A stretch of DNA of 64,000 nt from IMG/VR virus record IMGVR_UViG_3300028833_000053. One strand, given 5' to 3'. Under the pieces are notes generated by a model that ran no database searches, had not been told where the DNA came from, and saw only the letters and a list, made by a program, of their open reading frames with translations. Position 1 is the first letter of the stretch, and every line of letters starts with the position of its first letter. Source of the stretch: a virus. Lineage: Duplodnaviria; Caudoviricetes. A program made the position numbers and the translations under genes. Shown here piece after piece: positions 54,993-64,000 of this stretch.

Positions 54993-55949
54993 TTACCCAA
55001 TCTCGCAACTCCAGTCGCTTGTGTCGCAGGCGTCCCCAAACGCAGGATATGAATTGAACTCGTTTTCGCTTCCTGAAATCGGATGTGAAAGGCGCAAACC
55101 GTCCTTCTCCAAGTCTTGAACGAACTTGTCAACCATTGCAACATCTTCCGGCGTCAGGTTGCTGTCATCCCCGTACATGATATAACAAGTTGCCCAATTG
55201 GGAATTCCCTCAACAACATTGTCGTTGTCGTCAATGCCAACATCATTCCAAACCTGTTCATCGTCAATGTCTGCCATTGTCTCGAACTCCCCATCACTCT
55301 CGTCGTAGGGATAGATGTGGCGGCTAGCCTCATCACCCCAGAACTCGCGCTCGTTAGTGATGTCGAAGTCAGTCTCGTCAAAGTCCAGGTCAGGATACTC
55401 CTTGCGGATTAGGTTGCAAACTTCCTCCTTCAGGCAGTTGCTCTCCATGTCGTAGTCGTTGGGGAGAACCAAATCGTAGTCAACAACGAAGTTGTCTGTG
55501 TTCCCAGCCTCAATCCCAGCTTCGGGGAAATCCCTCGTCCACATTATCTCCACTTCACCCTCGGAAGCTGACCAGTCCCTTGGATCGTCCTCATACCCCT
55601 CCGTGAAGTTGCCACGTATGGGATTGCAGGTCTTTGACTTGTACACATCGTCTCCGTCCTCCTTCTTCTGAAGGGAATTCCACTGAACGGAAAACTCCTT
55701 GAACCCATCCCCCTCGGCATTCTTCATCGTGGTCTCGTAGAGGTCACTGTCCTGAAGCAATTCGTGGATTGTGGTGTCCGCGTTCATAAGATACTTGGAA
55801 TCCGCGTACTTGTGTCCTCTTGGATCATAGAAGAGGATAACGCCGTTTTCGTCATCCGCTATGCACTCGATGCCATTCTGTTCACAACTTGAAATGGCAT
55901 CGGCGATGTATTCAAGTCCAAGTTTACCTTCTGTTACTAAAACTTTCAT
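54993..55949 (-). CDS. Very acidic hypothetical protein
   Basis: Asp/Glu-rich 318-aa ORF; TGTAAATA variant upstream. Confidence 0.65.
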   Translation of the reverse strand: MKVLVTEGKLGLEYIADAISSCEQNGIECIADDENGVILFYDPRGHKYADSKYLMNADTTIHELLQDSDLYETTMKNAEGDGFKEFSVQWNSLQKKEDGDDVYKSKTCNPIRGNFTEGYEDDPRDWSASEGEVEIMWTRDFPEAGIEAGNTDNFVVDYDLVLPNDYDMESNCLKEEVCNLIRKEYPDLDFDETDFDITNEREFWGDEASRHIYPYDESDGEFETMADIDDEQVWNDVGIDDNDNVVEGIPNWATCYIMYGDDSNLTPEDVAMVDKFVQDLEKDGLRLSHPISGSENEFNSYPAFGDACDTSDWSCEIG

Positions 55950-55999
55950 TGTATATGTCCACCTTGATTGGTTATCAAGTGTATTTACAATGAACCACC

Positions 56000-56821
56000 T
56001 CAAAACTGGGGAATGTCTGCGTTCAGCTTCGCCTTGGCTTCGTTCCTCTTCACCCAATCGGTGCAAATGCGCTCGGTAGGCGACTGGAACGTGGAATCAA
56101 CCTCGTGGAACTGGCAACCATCAACGGGGTGGAAGTGGCAGATGAACTTGCGAACCTTGGCATCTGGCTCAATGTAGCCACCCTTCTTCAGAATGCGCTC
56201 GTACATGGAAAGCTGAAGTCCATAGGTTGTGAACTCGCAATCGGGAAGGTCATCAACCGGAGAAAGGAACATCTGCCCCCACTCGTTGTCCTTGCGTATG
56301 CGCTTGTTGGTTTTCCAGTCCACAAGAAGGTACTCGCCAGTCTGCCTGTGCTTCCCAATGAGATCAACGGTACCCGCCACGTTGATGCTTGGGTCAAAGA
56401 TGATTTTCTCGGACTCGAAATCGTAGGGGCGTTCTTTCATCTTGCGCACCACGGCAATGATTTGCTGGAACACGGTCTTCTGATCGTCCGTGAACGTGGA
56501 ATCATCGACGAACTCGCCATTGAAAATGCGCTCGGCGACGGAGTGCATCTTGATTCCGTGGTTGCAAGCCTTTTTGGAAATGTTCGCCCAACGCTTCTTC
56601 ATTTCCTCCTGCGTCACGCCCTCGCGCTGGGCGCATAGAGCAGACATTCCCTCAAGGTCAAAGGGCTTCTGGTACTTGTGTATGAGCGTTGTCACGCTGA
56701 TGGGCTTGTACTTCAACCTCTGGTCTCCGTCAAACACCTTGTAGACGTGTCCAGCCTCGCTGAACTCCACCTTCAATCCATTGTAGTTTACTATTGACTT
56801 CTTTTCCGAACTTACTGCCAT
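56000..56821 (-). CDS. PD-(D/E)XK nuclease (Cas4/RecB-like exonuclease)
   Basis: SVTTLI, GIKMH, E...AGTVDLI...LVDWKT...QLSMY. Confidence 0.85.
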   Translation of the reverse strand: MAVSSEKKSIVNYNGLKVEFSEAGHVYKVFDGDQRLKYKPISVTTLIHKYQKPFDLEGMSALCAQREGVTQEEMKKRWANISKKACNHGIKMHSVAERIFNGEFVDDSTFTDDQKTVFQQIIAVVRKMKERPYDFESEKIIFDPSINVAGTVDLIGKHRQTGEYLLVDWKTNKRIRKDNEWGQMFLSPVDDLPDCEFTTYGLQLSMYERILKKGGYIEPDAKVRKFICHFHPVDGCQFHEVDSTFQSPTERICTDWVKRNEAKAKLNADIPQF

Positions 56822-56839
56822 TGCATTGTTTCCTTTACT

Positions 56840-57544
56840 TTAATACTTCAATCTATGATACTTGTCTGGATTGATGCCAAACTTCAAGAGGGTTTCCCTT
56901 GCCTCGCGGTTGGTTTCGTGGCACTCGTTCATGGAACGCTCCACTGATTCAAGTTGGGTGCGGTTGTAGTCAAGGTTCTTTGCGATGGCGTTCTTGCGGG
57001 ATTTTATGATTCCCTTGTCGTCCTCAATCTCCTGCACGAACTTCCCAACGCGATTCAACATCATATCAACTTCCGCGGCGTCCTTAAAGTTGTGAATCTT
57101 GTCGGGAAACGCCGCTGCCACGGCCAACTCACACCCAAGAGACTCCATGAACTTCAGGGCTTTCGTGTTGAGGCACAACTCCTTGCTTGGATTCAAGAGA
57201 TTCGTACAATCGCAGACCAATCCCCTGAAGAAGATATGTCCGCTGCGCTCCACAATCTGATAGTCATATCCCGCGCCATCCACAAACGCCCTGATGATTT
57301 GGGGAGAGATTGGGACAATCTCCGGACGCATAACGTCAATGAACTTGCGGAAGAACTTCAACTCCACAAGAACATCAGAAGGATCCTTTTTGGACTGGTA
57401 GACTATAAAGCAAGCCTTGAACCGCGTGTTGATGTTCTTCACCTCCACGCCATAACGCTTCTCCGTGAACCACGCACCCCGCTTGTAGTCGGGGATCTCA
57501 ATGGCACCGGCCCGGTCAACCTTTATCTTTACCAAGTTCAACAT
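56840..57544 (-). CDS. Hypothetical protein with C-terminal coiled coil
   Basis: AGGAG SD; 234 aa. Confidence 0.65.
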   Translation of the reverse strand: MLNLVKIKVDRAGAIEIPDYKRGAWFTEKRYGVEVKNINTRFKACFIVYQSKKDPSDVLVELKFFRKFIDVMRPEIVPISPQIIRAFVDGAGYDYQIVERSGHIFFRGLVCDCTNLLNPSKELCLNTKALKFMESLGCELAVAAAFPDKIHNFKDAAEVDMMLNRVGKFVQEIEDDKGIIKSRKNAIAKNLDYNRTQLESVERSMNECHETNREARETLLKFGINPDKYHRLKY

Positions 57545-57593
57545 TGGCTTCTTCTCCTATCCACTCTATTATACCACAAATTGGCCAATTTGT

Positions 57594-58298
57594 TTACAGC
57601 ACAACCTCTATGCCATACTTCTGGCTCAAGGTGTTCATGGCGTCCGCCGCGTCGTCGCATATGTCCTGCAAGTCAGTCTCGCAACTCGCCAAATCGTCCT
57701 GACCCTTCTTCACCAACTTCAAGATGTCATTCCGTTGCTTATCAAAATACTTATCGCGTATCTGCCACTCAGTAGTGTGGAAATCGTCAAAGGCGTTCCA
57801 AGCGGTCTCCGCATCGTCCATGCTCTTCACCCCTGGGTACTTCTCCGCTATGGCAATGAGCCTCCCGGTCTCCGAAACCAAAAACGCTGGAAGGGTGGAT
57901 GCGATGGTGTCAAGGTTTATGCCCCAAACCTGCGTTTTGATGTGCGCCATGGAAAACTTGAACAGAACCCTATCGTCTTTGACAATGACTTCGGCCTTGT
58001 CCGTCCAACTATGGCCAAACCACCATTCGCCTTTCTCCGTCTTGAACAACCGATTGAAAGTTGAGGGGCTTACGGGAGTCCAAATGGTGTTGTTGTCCTC
58101 AACCCCACTGTGGAAGATCTCAAACACGACATCATGCTTTCCAAGATGGGCGGCAACGATGAACGAAAGCATGATGGAGTCCCTTCCATGCACCAGATGG
58201 ATGCGCCTGTTGTACTTGTACAAACGTGTCCTATGGTCGGGAATCTCAGCCGTTTTCAGGCAAGCAAAGTGTTCAATTATCCATTTCCTGTATGCCAT
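57594..58298 (-). CDS. Hypothetical protein with C-terminal coiled coil
   Basis: AGGAG SD; first gene after the promoter at 58331-58359. Confidence 0.65.
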   Translation of the reverse strand: MAYRKWIIEHFACLKTAEIPDHRTRLYKYNRRIHLVHGRDSIMLSFIVAAHLGKHDVVFEIFHSGVEDNNTIWTPVSPSTFNRLFKTEKGEWWFGHSWTDKAEVIVKDDRVLFKFSMAHIKTQVWGINLDTIASTLPAFLVSETGRLIAIAEKYPGVKSMDDAETAWNAFDDFHTTEWQIRDKYFDKQRNDILKLVKKGQDDLASCETDLQDICDDAADAMNTLSQKYGIEVVL

Positions 58299-58330
58299 TT
58301 ATGGTTCTCCTAGTCTGTTCAGAGACATAC

Positions 58331-58359
58331 AGTATACCATAAATGGGATGTAAAGTCAA
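58331..58359 (-). promoter_or_regulatory. Sigma70-type early promoter
   Basis: TTGACT-17-TATACT. Confidence 0.8.
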
Positions 58360-58367
58360 GTGGGTCT

Positions 58368-59165
58368 TCAATCAAACTTCACGGCAAACTCATCAGTGAG
58401 TTTCTTTTTCATTTTATCAGTAAGGGGAATCGGATGGGCAAAATGTAGATTCCCAGTTCCATTCTACTGAACCATATAAGTACCCTAATGACGAAAGTAC
58501 AAATATCCATCCTCACGTGGAATGTCAATATATGTAATTTTCCCATATCGTCCCATCTGTTGCATAGTCTTGGTGTGATTGCAAAACAGTGGACACAATT
58601 TATACCGATATTTTATTTTATGCGTATTAATAATTGATGATTGAAATATTGAATGATGTCCTCCCGTTTTCTATCTATTCCCCCAATATCTAGCCAATAA
58701 CGGTCCATTATTTCCATACGCAAATTTATATCCACTATTATATCCGCATAAAACTATGTCGGAATCCGAATTGGCTTCCAGCACGTCCCTTGTGTCCTGA
58801 ACTGAAAACTTGTTCGCAAAATCATCATCGTCTATTCTGGATAAAATGACAATATCATTTTGCTTCCAAACATTCAACATATAGTTTTCCATACACTTAT
58901 CGTGTGGCATAAACCTATACTGAAAGTTCAATTTTTGTTCTTCAAATTTTTGCTGCAATTCATATAAACGTGTGACCTTCCATTCAGGGTTGATTAGGAT
59001 CATCAACTCAAAATCCAAATTGGTTTGGTTGTTCAAAGAAGGTATTAAATTTGACATCAAATAACCAATGCGTCTCTATATCAAATTTTCATCCATCAAA
59101 TCCATACCAACACCCATATCCTACGATAATAAACGTGTCTATACTATATGCTTTATTTTATCCAT
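58368..59165 (-). CDS. Putative rhamnosyltransferase-like GT-A protein (about 6 TAG)
   Basis: MDKIKHIV*TRL...LIPSLNNQTNLDF...SRIDDDD; ends TGA at 58368. Confidence 0.65.
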
Positions 59166-59167
59166 TT

Positions 59168-60292
59168 TTAATTTTCCCTAATAGCGTAATTGTTTGCCAA
59201 CTAGCATATCCCCTAAACCCATTCATATTTTGTCAATGGATTCTACTGGTGTGAACGTATCATTTTCCACAACTACCCACTAAAATTATTATAATTCACA
59301 TGTGATTGAACCAGCATTGCCGCCCGTTCTTTTTCATTATTTACATTGGGTAATTCTTCCATAGCCTGGGCAAACCAATGTTCCTTGTCGGTCCATGACA
59401 AAAGCCCCTTGGAATCCTCGCACATTATCTTGTCCAAAACTGGATATTGGGTTGCCAGCAAAATTTGGCGTTGGATGTAGGAACGTCCTTTGCGGTCACC
59501 ATGAAAGAAATGGTTTATCTCAACACCAACGTCCTTCAAGATTGGCTTTTCCAATTTCCCTGACAATCCTTCTGCAATTTTCCTGACTTCATCGCGTGAA
59601 AACACTATGAACCAAGGTTGATCTTGCCTTGCACCATACAACTCGTTCCAGAACAAACTGTCACCGCCACCAAGAGGAAGATAGTTGAAACCCCCTATTG
59701 CATCTACAAATGTCTTTGACGTACAAAACACCATTCCAGGAACGTTCTATTGAACATCTATCGTCCTTCCATTCACGATGCAACTTGTAAACGACTCTCT
59801 ATCAACCGAATCGGGTATTCTATTATTGTCCTAGTCCAAATAATGAACGGTGTGAAAACCCTGAGTAAACAGGCAGTGGTCAAGAGCGTCACTTACCTTG
59901 CTGAACCAATCAACATCCTCCAATGGAGACATATCAGAGTCTATGAACATGAGTTTTTCATTCTTCGCCATTTTTGCGGCCATGTTCCACAGATGTTCCT
60001 TCTGGAAAAGATACTTGTTGGAATCATTGCCATCTATGCGTATGTATTTCATCTATGACGGCAAGTCGGACTTGTTGAATGTGAAAACGCCATTAAACCC
60101 CAATTCAAGGAACATCATTTCATTTGGCAAATGAGACTGTTCCATCCAATGAGATATGGCGTTCAACGTTGCCACTTTGCGGGACTTATTATGCACGGCG
60201 TCATAGAAACAACTGATGGCTGTCATATCCACCAACTAGTTGTTTTTTCTACGAAACCCGGATGCCGTCTTTGGAAGTCCAATGAATATCAT
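59168..60292 (-). CDS. GT-A glycosyltransferase paralog 3 (about 8 TAG)
   Basis: FQKEHLWN...FIDSD...TQGF...GGGDSLF...HFFHG; ends TAA at 59168. Confidence 0.7.
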
Positions 60293-60315
60293 ATATTAAT
60301 TATATGAAATTTCAG

Positions 60316-60852
60316 TCAGTACCACGGGTGGTAGAAAACCACATAGTCATCGTCCCAACGGTCCAATGCCTCCTTGAAAGCCCCGCCATAGCCGTCGGCG
60401 ACAATCATTTCCAACCCCGCCTTGCTGAAAAAGATTTCAACAAGATTATCGTTGTTGGGATCGCCATAGTTCTGTATGATGTAGTTGTGCAAGCCCCATT
60501 CCTTGCGCCAATAGCCAATCTCCTCCAACTCATCATCCTTCTCATTCAACCCAAAATCCTCTATGTTGAAGATAGGTTCATAGTTTGAATTCAACTTAAG
60601 CCCATGCTTCTTCGCAAGGCGGCGGTAGGCTCGGCGCATGTTGCGAACCCCATTTTTCTGCTCCTTGGTGTATGACTTCCAGTCACAATAGCCGAACTCG
60701 TTCCTGGGCAAAGACGACATCAACTCTTTCCACTTGGGCTTCTCCCTGAGGGTTTTTCCCTCCTCGATGAAGGCCGCCCGGATCTTGTCGAATTTCTCAA
60801 CAGCTTCCATCCGCCTCTTTGAAGTGCGGAATAGATATTGGTCAAGTCCCAT
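60316..60852 (-). CDS. Hypothetical phage protein (MGLDQYL...YWRK)
   Basis: First gene after the promoter at 60884-60912. Confidence 0.7.
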   Translation of the reverse strand: MGLDQYLFRTSKRRMEAVEKFDKIRAAFIEEGKTLREKPKWKELMSSLPRNEFGYCDWKSYTKEQKNGVRNMRRAYRRLAKKHGLKLNSNYEPIFNIEDFGLNEKDDELEEIGYWRKEWGLHNYIIQNYGDPNNDNLVEIFFSKAGLEMIVADGYGGAFKEALDRWDDDYVVFYHPWY

Positions 60853-60883
60853 AACTTCTCCTATTAGGTTCAGATACCTATAC

Positions 60884-60912
60884 AGTATACCAGATTTGGG
60901 ACGGAAAGTCAA
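60884..60912 (-). promoter_or_regulatory. Sigma70-type early promoter
   Basis: TTGACT-17-TATACT. Confidence 0.8.
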
Positions 60913-60918
60913 GTACCC

Positions 60919-62403
60919 TCATGAAAAATTGGAATGGGTGTGAACAACGTCAAAAATGTCCTTCCCCTTGTCGGAGCCAATGACGCGCAAGAGGATTTCG
61001 TTTATCTCGTCTCTGTACTTCTCGGGAAACTTTATGTTCTCCATCATCTTTCCGGAGTTCTTCTTCTTGACTATGCAGGATGGTTCAAGTTGCTGCATCT
61101 CATTGGCAATCTCCAACAGGCGGATTCTGTCCTGTCCCCTAATCTTGTTGAAGAACGTTGGCATATCGTCAAGCATACCCTTCTGGTACGTTATCTCCCC
61201 ATCGTATAGCCTCCAATGCCAATAGCAGAAACTTGAATTCAAAAAACAATATGCAAGGTCTCGCGTTTCCTCATCCTTGAACAGAATGATTCGCTTGCCA
61301 GACCTATACAAATCGGAGACATATCCAACAGTGAAGTAGCGGCAAGTTGTGGCGAAGTTGATGTAGTAGTCCCCATCTTCGTCTATGAAGTCCTTGAACG
61401 TTTCATTCTCGGAAAACTTCCGCCACCTCTGCAAAGTCTCTTCAAGTTGGGGAAAGCACTTGGCGTATCTATCTTCCCTGGGTCTCTGGGGAATGTTGCC
61501 AACCATGCTTTCCAAGAACTCGGGTTGAAGCACCTTGTCCCGCTCCCCATTCCTGAAACGAACCATCCCGGCTATGCGCAGTCCAATGCCCCAATTGCGG
61601 TTGTCCGTCACCAAAATGGCTGGACGTACCTGGTTTTGCGTGTTGGAGTTGAACACGCCATGCTTCCTCCCATTGAATATCTGACCAGGCGTGTTGTCAA
61701 ATGGAATGATGAAACCAGAATATCCCGAACTCAATTTCTTGCGCAGCAACTTGAACTTCTCGCGTCCCAAATAGTTTTGAGGTGTGAGAAGCACAGTCCC
61801 TTTGCATCCGCTCTCACATAGAATTTTCTCCATCATCGCGGCATAGAGTTCATGCGTCTCCTGCACTATCATTGTCTCCCACCAACTTTTCGGAACCTCT
61901 TCAACCTTGGCATAAGGTGGATTGGAAATCACCTTGCAGTCAACAGGAAGGTTCACGTTTTCGTCAAGAAAGTCGCCGGGCCTTGAATGAATGTACCCCA
62001 CAACGTCGTCACCATATATCTTGCCAATGGCATTGACGCAAATATAGAGGGCAAGGGCATCTTTGTCATAAAGCCACAACCTCCCAGACCTTATGAGTTC
62101 CCTCGCTTGTTCTCTTCCAATCAACTTCAAGTACGCCAATATGAGATTCCCAACGCCGCAACACACATCGCAAACGTTCTTGCCGGGAAGTTTGTCAAAC
62201 CATTTCGCCATGAGAGTTGCAACGTCATCCGGTGTGAAATACTTGCCCAAGGACTTCTTGCTGTACTTGTTGACGTGCGCAAGCCCAATCTCGTAAAGTT
62301 CCCAGTATTTTTCAACAGGGACATCCGACTTCAAGATGATGTCCCATGCTGCGTCAAAGCCAAATTCGTCTATGGCGTTCAAGTATGTTTCCACGTTTTC
62401 CAT
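60919..62403 (-). CDS. N6-adenine DNA methyltransferase
   Basis: GKYFTP, motif I DVCCGVG, motif IV SNPPY. Confidence 0.85.
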   Translation of the reverse strand: MENVETYLNAIDEFGFDAAWDIILKSDVPVEKYWELYEIGLAHVNKYSKKSLGKYFTPDDVATLMAKWFDKLPGKNVCDVCCGVGNLILAYLKLIGREQARELIRSGRLWLYDKDALALYICVNAIGKIYGDDVVGYIHSRPGDFLDENVNLPVDCKVISNPPYAKVEEVPKSWWETMIVQETHELYAAMMEKILCESGCKGTVLLTPQNYLGREKFKLLRKKLSSGYSGFIIPFDNTPGQIFNGRKHGVFNSNTQNQVRPAILVTDNRNWGIGLRIAGMVRFRNGERDKVLQPEFLESMVGNIPQRPREDRYAKCFPQLEETLQRWRKFSENETFKDFIDEDGDYYINFATTCRYFTVGYVSDLYRSGKRIILFKDEETRDLAYCFLNSSFCYWHWRLYDGEITYQKGMLDDMPTFFNKIRGQDRIRLLEIANEMQQLEPSCIVKKKNSGKMMENIKFPEKYRDEINEILLRVIGSDKGKDIFDVVHTHSNFS

Positions 62404-62461
62404 CACGGTCAATTATACCTTGGCGAATGGTAAATACTCGAAACACCAATGGGACAATGAA

Positions 62462-63055
62462 ATGGCTGAACATACATATACTAGATTCGTTTTTGACAAT
62501 GAAACGCATGAGGACTGTGAAATAACAGGAACATTGGATTAGCAGTGGTTCATAGACAAAGGTTGGTTCAGCGAAGATGAATTGGAATGGCACGTCACAT
62601 TCATTGAGATTGACATCGGAAGCACTGTTGAAAACATTGGGGACGGTGCCCTTGCCGAACAAATCGCCCTGGGGAAAATACATATACCCGATACGGTGAA
62701 GAGCATTGGAAATGGAACATTCTATGGATGCACCAAATTGGCAAACGAAGATGGATTTGTCATTGTCAGAGACTGGCTATACGATTACCGCAACGATGGC
62801 ACAAAAATAAGAATTCCCGGCAATGTCACAAACATTGGAGAGGGGGCTTTCAACTGGTGTGAAACGATTGAAGAAGTTTTCATACCCAACAACGTGAAAT
62901 ACATTGGAGAACGTGTCTTTGACGGTTGCGACAAACTTATGTGCGTGAATACGGAAAAAACCAAGGCTGAAATCCAGTCCATGAACTATCCTATTTGGGA
63001 TCTTTACCCTGGTTGCGTCATACATTGTCAAGATGGTGACATAATCATAGAATAA
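62462..63055 (+). CDS. BspA-like leucine-rich repeat protein (TAG at 62540)
   Basis: MAEHTYTRF...GTLD*QWF in frame with ORF 62582..63055; IPDTVKSIGNGTFYGC repeats; TGGTAAATA at 62428-62436. Confidence 0.85.
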
Positions 63056-63084
63056 GCCTGTCCCTTCTTTCAAGTATAATTGAA

Positions 63085-63354
63085 ATGAAAGGACAGCGCA
63101 ACATGACTGTACTCACGATATATACCAACAAATTTGATTCAAGGGAAAGCGTATTTGGAACCGGGATGTCCGGCAAGGTGTTTTTGGAAGAGGCGAATGG
63201 AAATAGCGAATCCGGACAGGAATTCAGAACAATTGACGAAGCTTTGGACTTCTGCGAAAACAAGAAAACAAAAATTGACGGAATAGAATTCATGTACTTA
63301 TCCAATGACGGAACACAGAAGTTTGCAAAGTTCGGAACGTCGAAGGAATGGTAA
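63085..63354 (+). CDS. Small hypothetical protein
   Basis: ORF following the LRR gene. Confidence 0.55.
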   Translation: MKGQRNMTVLTIYTNKFDSRESVFGTGMSGKVFLEEANGNSESGQEFRTIDEALDFCENKKTKIDGIEFMYLSNDGTQKFAKFGTSKEW

Positions 63355-63366
63355 ATAGAAACTGTC

Positions 63367-64000
63367 ATGAAAATACTTAACACATCATACAGAGACGTAG
63401 TTGCAACTGAGGACGCACTTCAAAAAACTCCCGTGTCTGAACTCCAGTTGACAACCGAACTCATTGAAAATTCCCTCATACACATAGTCCAATACATTTC
63501 GGGTGATGCGTCAAAGAACACCGCGAAATACGAATCAATGAAAATGAGGGTTCAGGACTTTGAGCAGAAGATATACGAGGCTGTGCAAAACACGTTCAAC
63601 ACCTCATATTGGGACACGCATTCGGTGGCGTGGAAGACTAGCCACGCAGACAGTACAGAAACCCTGCCAACTGCCCTGGCTGAAGCATCATTCGAGAAGA
63701 TGATTGCCTATCTTGATAGTGACGCACCAGCAGAAATTCCTGCAATTGATCCAAACCGTTTCATAAAGCATTTGTTCTTTGACTTTGACGTGGTGAAAAG
63801 ATACATAGTGAAAAAGAACAACGGGTTCAACAGAAGACTGGATGACATAGAAATACGGCTTGACTACCTTGATTGCTTTTTCCAGACCAACATGAATTTC
63901 CACACAACCGACAGCAAGGGATGGACAAGCAAATCGGTGAACCACGACAAAAACGAAAACAACGATTATTGCCAAATGGTCATCCTTGATGGAAACAAAA
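63367..64000 (+). CDS. Partial late protein (runs off the window end)
   Basis: Manual translation open from ATG 63367 to the end; TGGTAAATA at 63349-63357. Confidence 0.7.
   Translation, partial: MKILNTSYRDVVATEDALQKTPVSELQLTTELIENSLIHIVQYISGDASKNTAKYESMKMRVQDFEQKIYEAVQNTFNTSYWDTHSVAWKTSHADSTETLPTALAEASFEKMIAYLDSDAPAEIPAIDPNRFIKHLFFDFDVVKRYIVKKNNGFNRRLDDIEIRLDYLDCFFQTNMNFHTTDSKGWTSKSVNHDKNENNDYCQMVILDGNK

Noticed and set aside
56840-58298. Two adjacent 234-aa genes as paralogs
   Set aside because: Same length and similar C-terminal coiled coils, but no convincing alignment by eye.
1-64000. CRISPR array, integrase, transposase or rRNA
   Set aside because: No regularly spaced direct repeats or recognisable motifs seen. 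The Cas4-like nuclease at 56000 is a solo phage-type gene.
1-64000. Pyrrolysine as the TAG-encoded residue
   Set aside because: No pyl genes seen here. TAGs occur at many apparently non-catalytic positions and one aligns with Gln in a paralog.

Overview
This window is best read as a 64 kb segment of a large, probably T4-like/jumbo, bacteriophage genome that reads TAG as a sense codon, most likely Gln (translation table 15). There are two gene classes. (1) Many short minus-strand genes sit behind near-consensus sigma70-type promoters (TTGACW-17-TATACT), contain no in-frame TAG and end in TAA or TGA. They include an NTPase-NADAR fusion, LemA, two HNH nucleases, a radical SAM enzyme, an Rnl1-like RNA ligase, a PD-(D/E)XK nuclease, an N6-adenine methylase and several paralog families. 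(2) Genes behind a conserved TGGTAAATA late-promoter-like motif are broken by in-frame TAGs in the supplied ORF track and only assemble when TAG is read through. They include a 3356-aa protein (12 TAGs), a 1083-aa coiled-coil protein in an operon with a gp4-like head-completion nuclease, three BspA-like LRR proteins, TagD and most of a set of about 8 glycan-synthesis genes (GT6-like, GT29-like, Stealth-like, three paralogous GT-A enzymes, a rhamnosyltransferase-like protein and an atypical UDP-glucose dehydrogenase). RNA genes are a clear tmRNA, an unusual long-variable-arm tRNA with a UCU anticodon, a CCA-ending tRNA-like RNA with no D arm, and another candidate structured RNA. An outer-membrane beta-barrel, Tat signals and Shine-Dalgarno/sigma70 signals suggest a non-Bacteroidota diderm host. 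All family calls come from motif recognition by eye; no searches were run.
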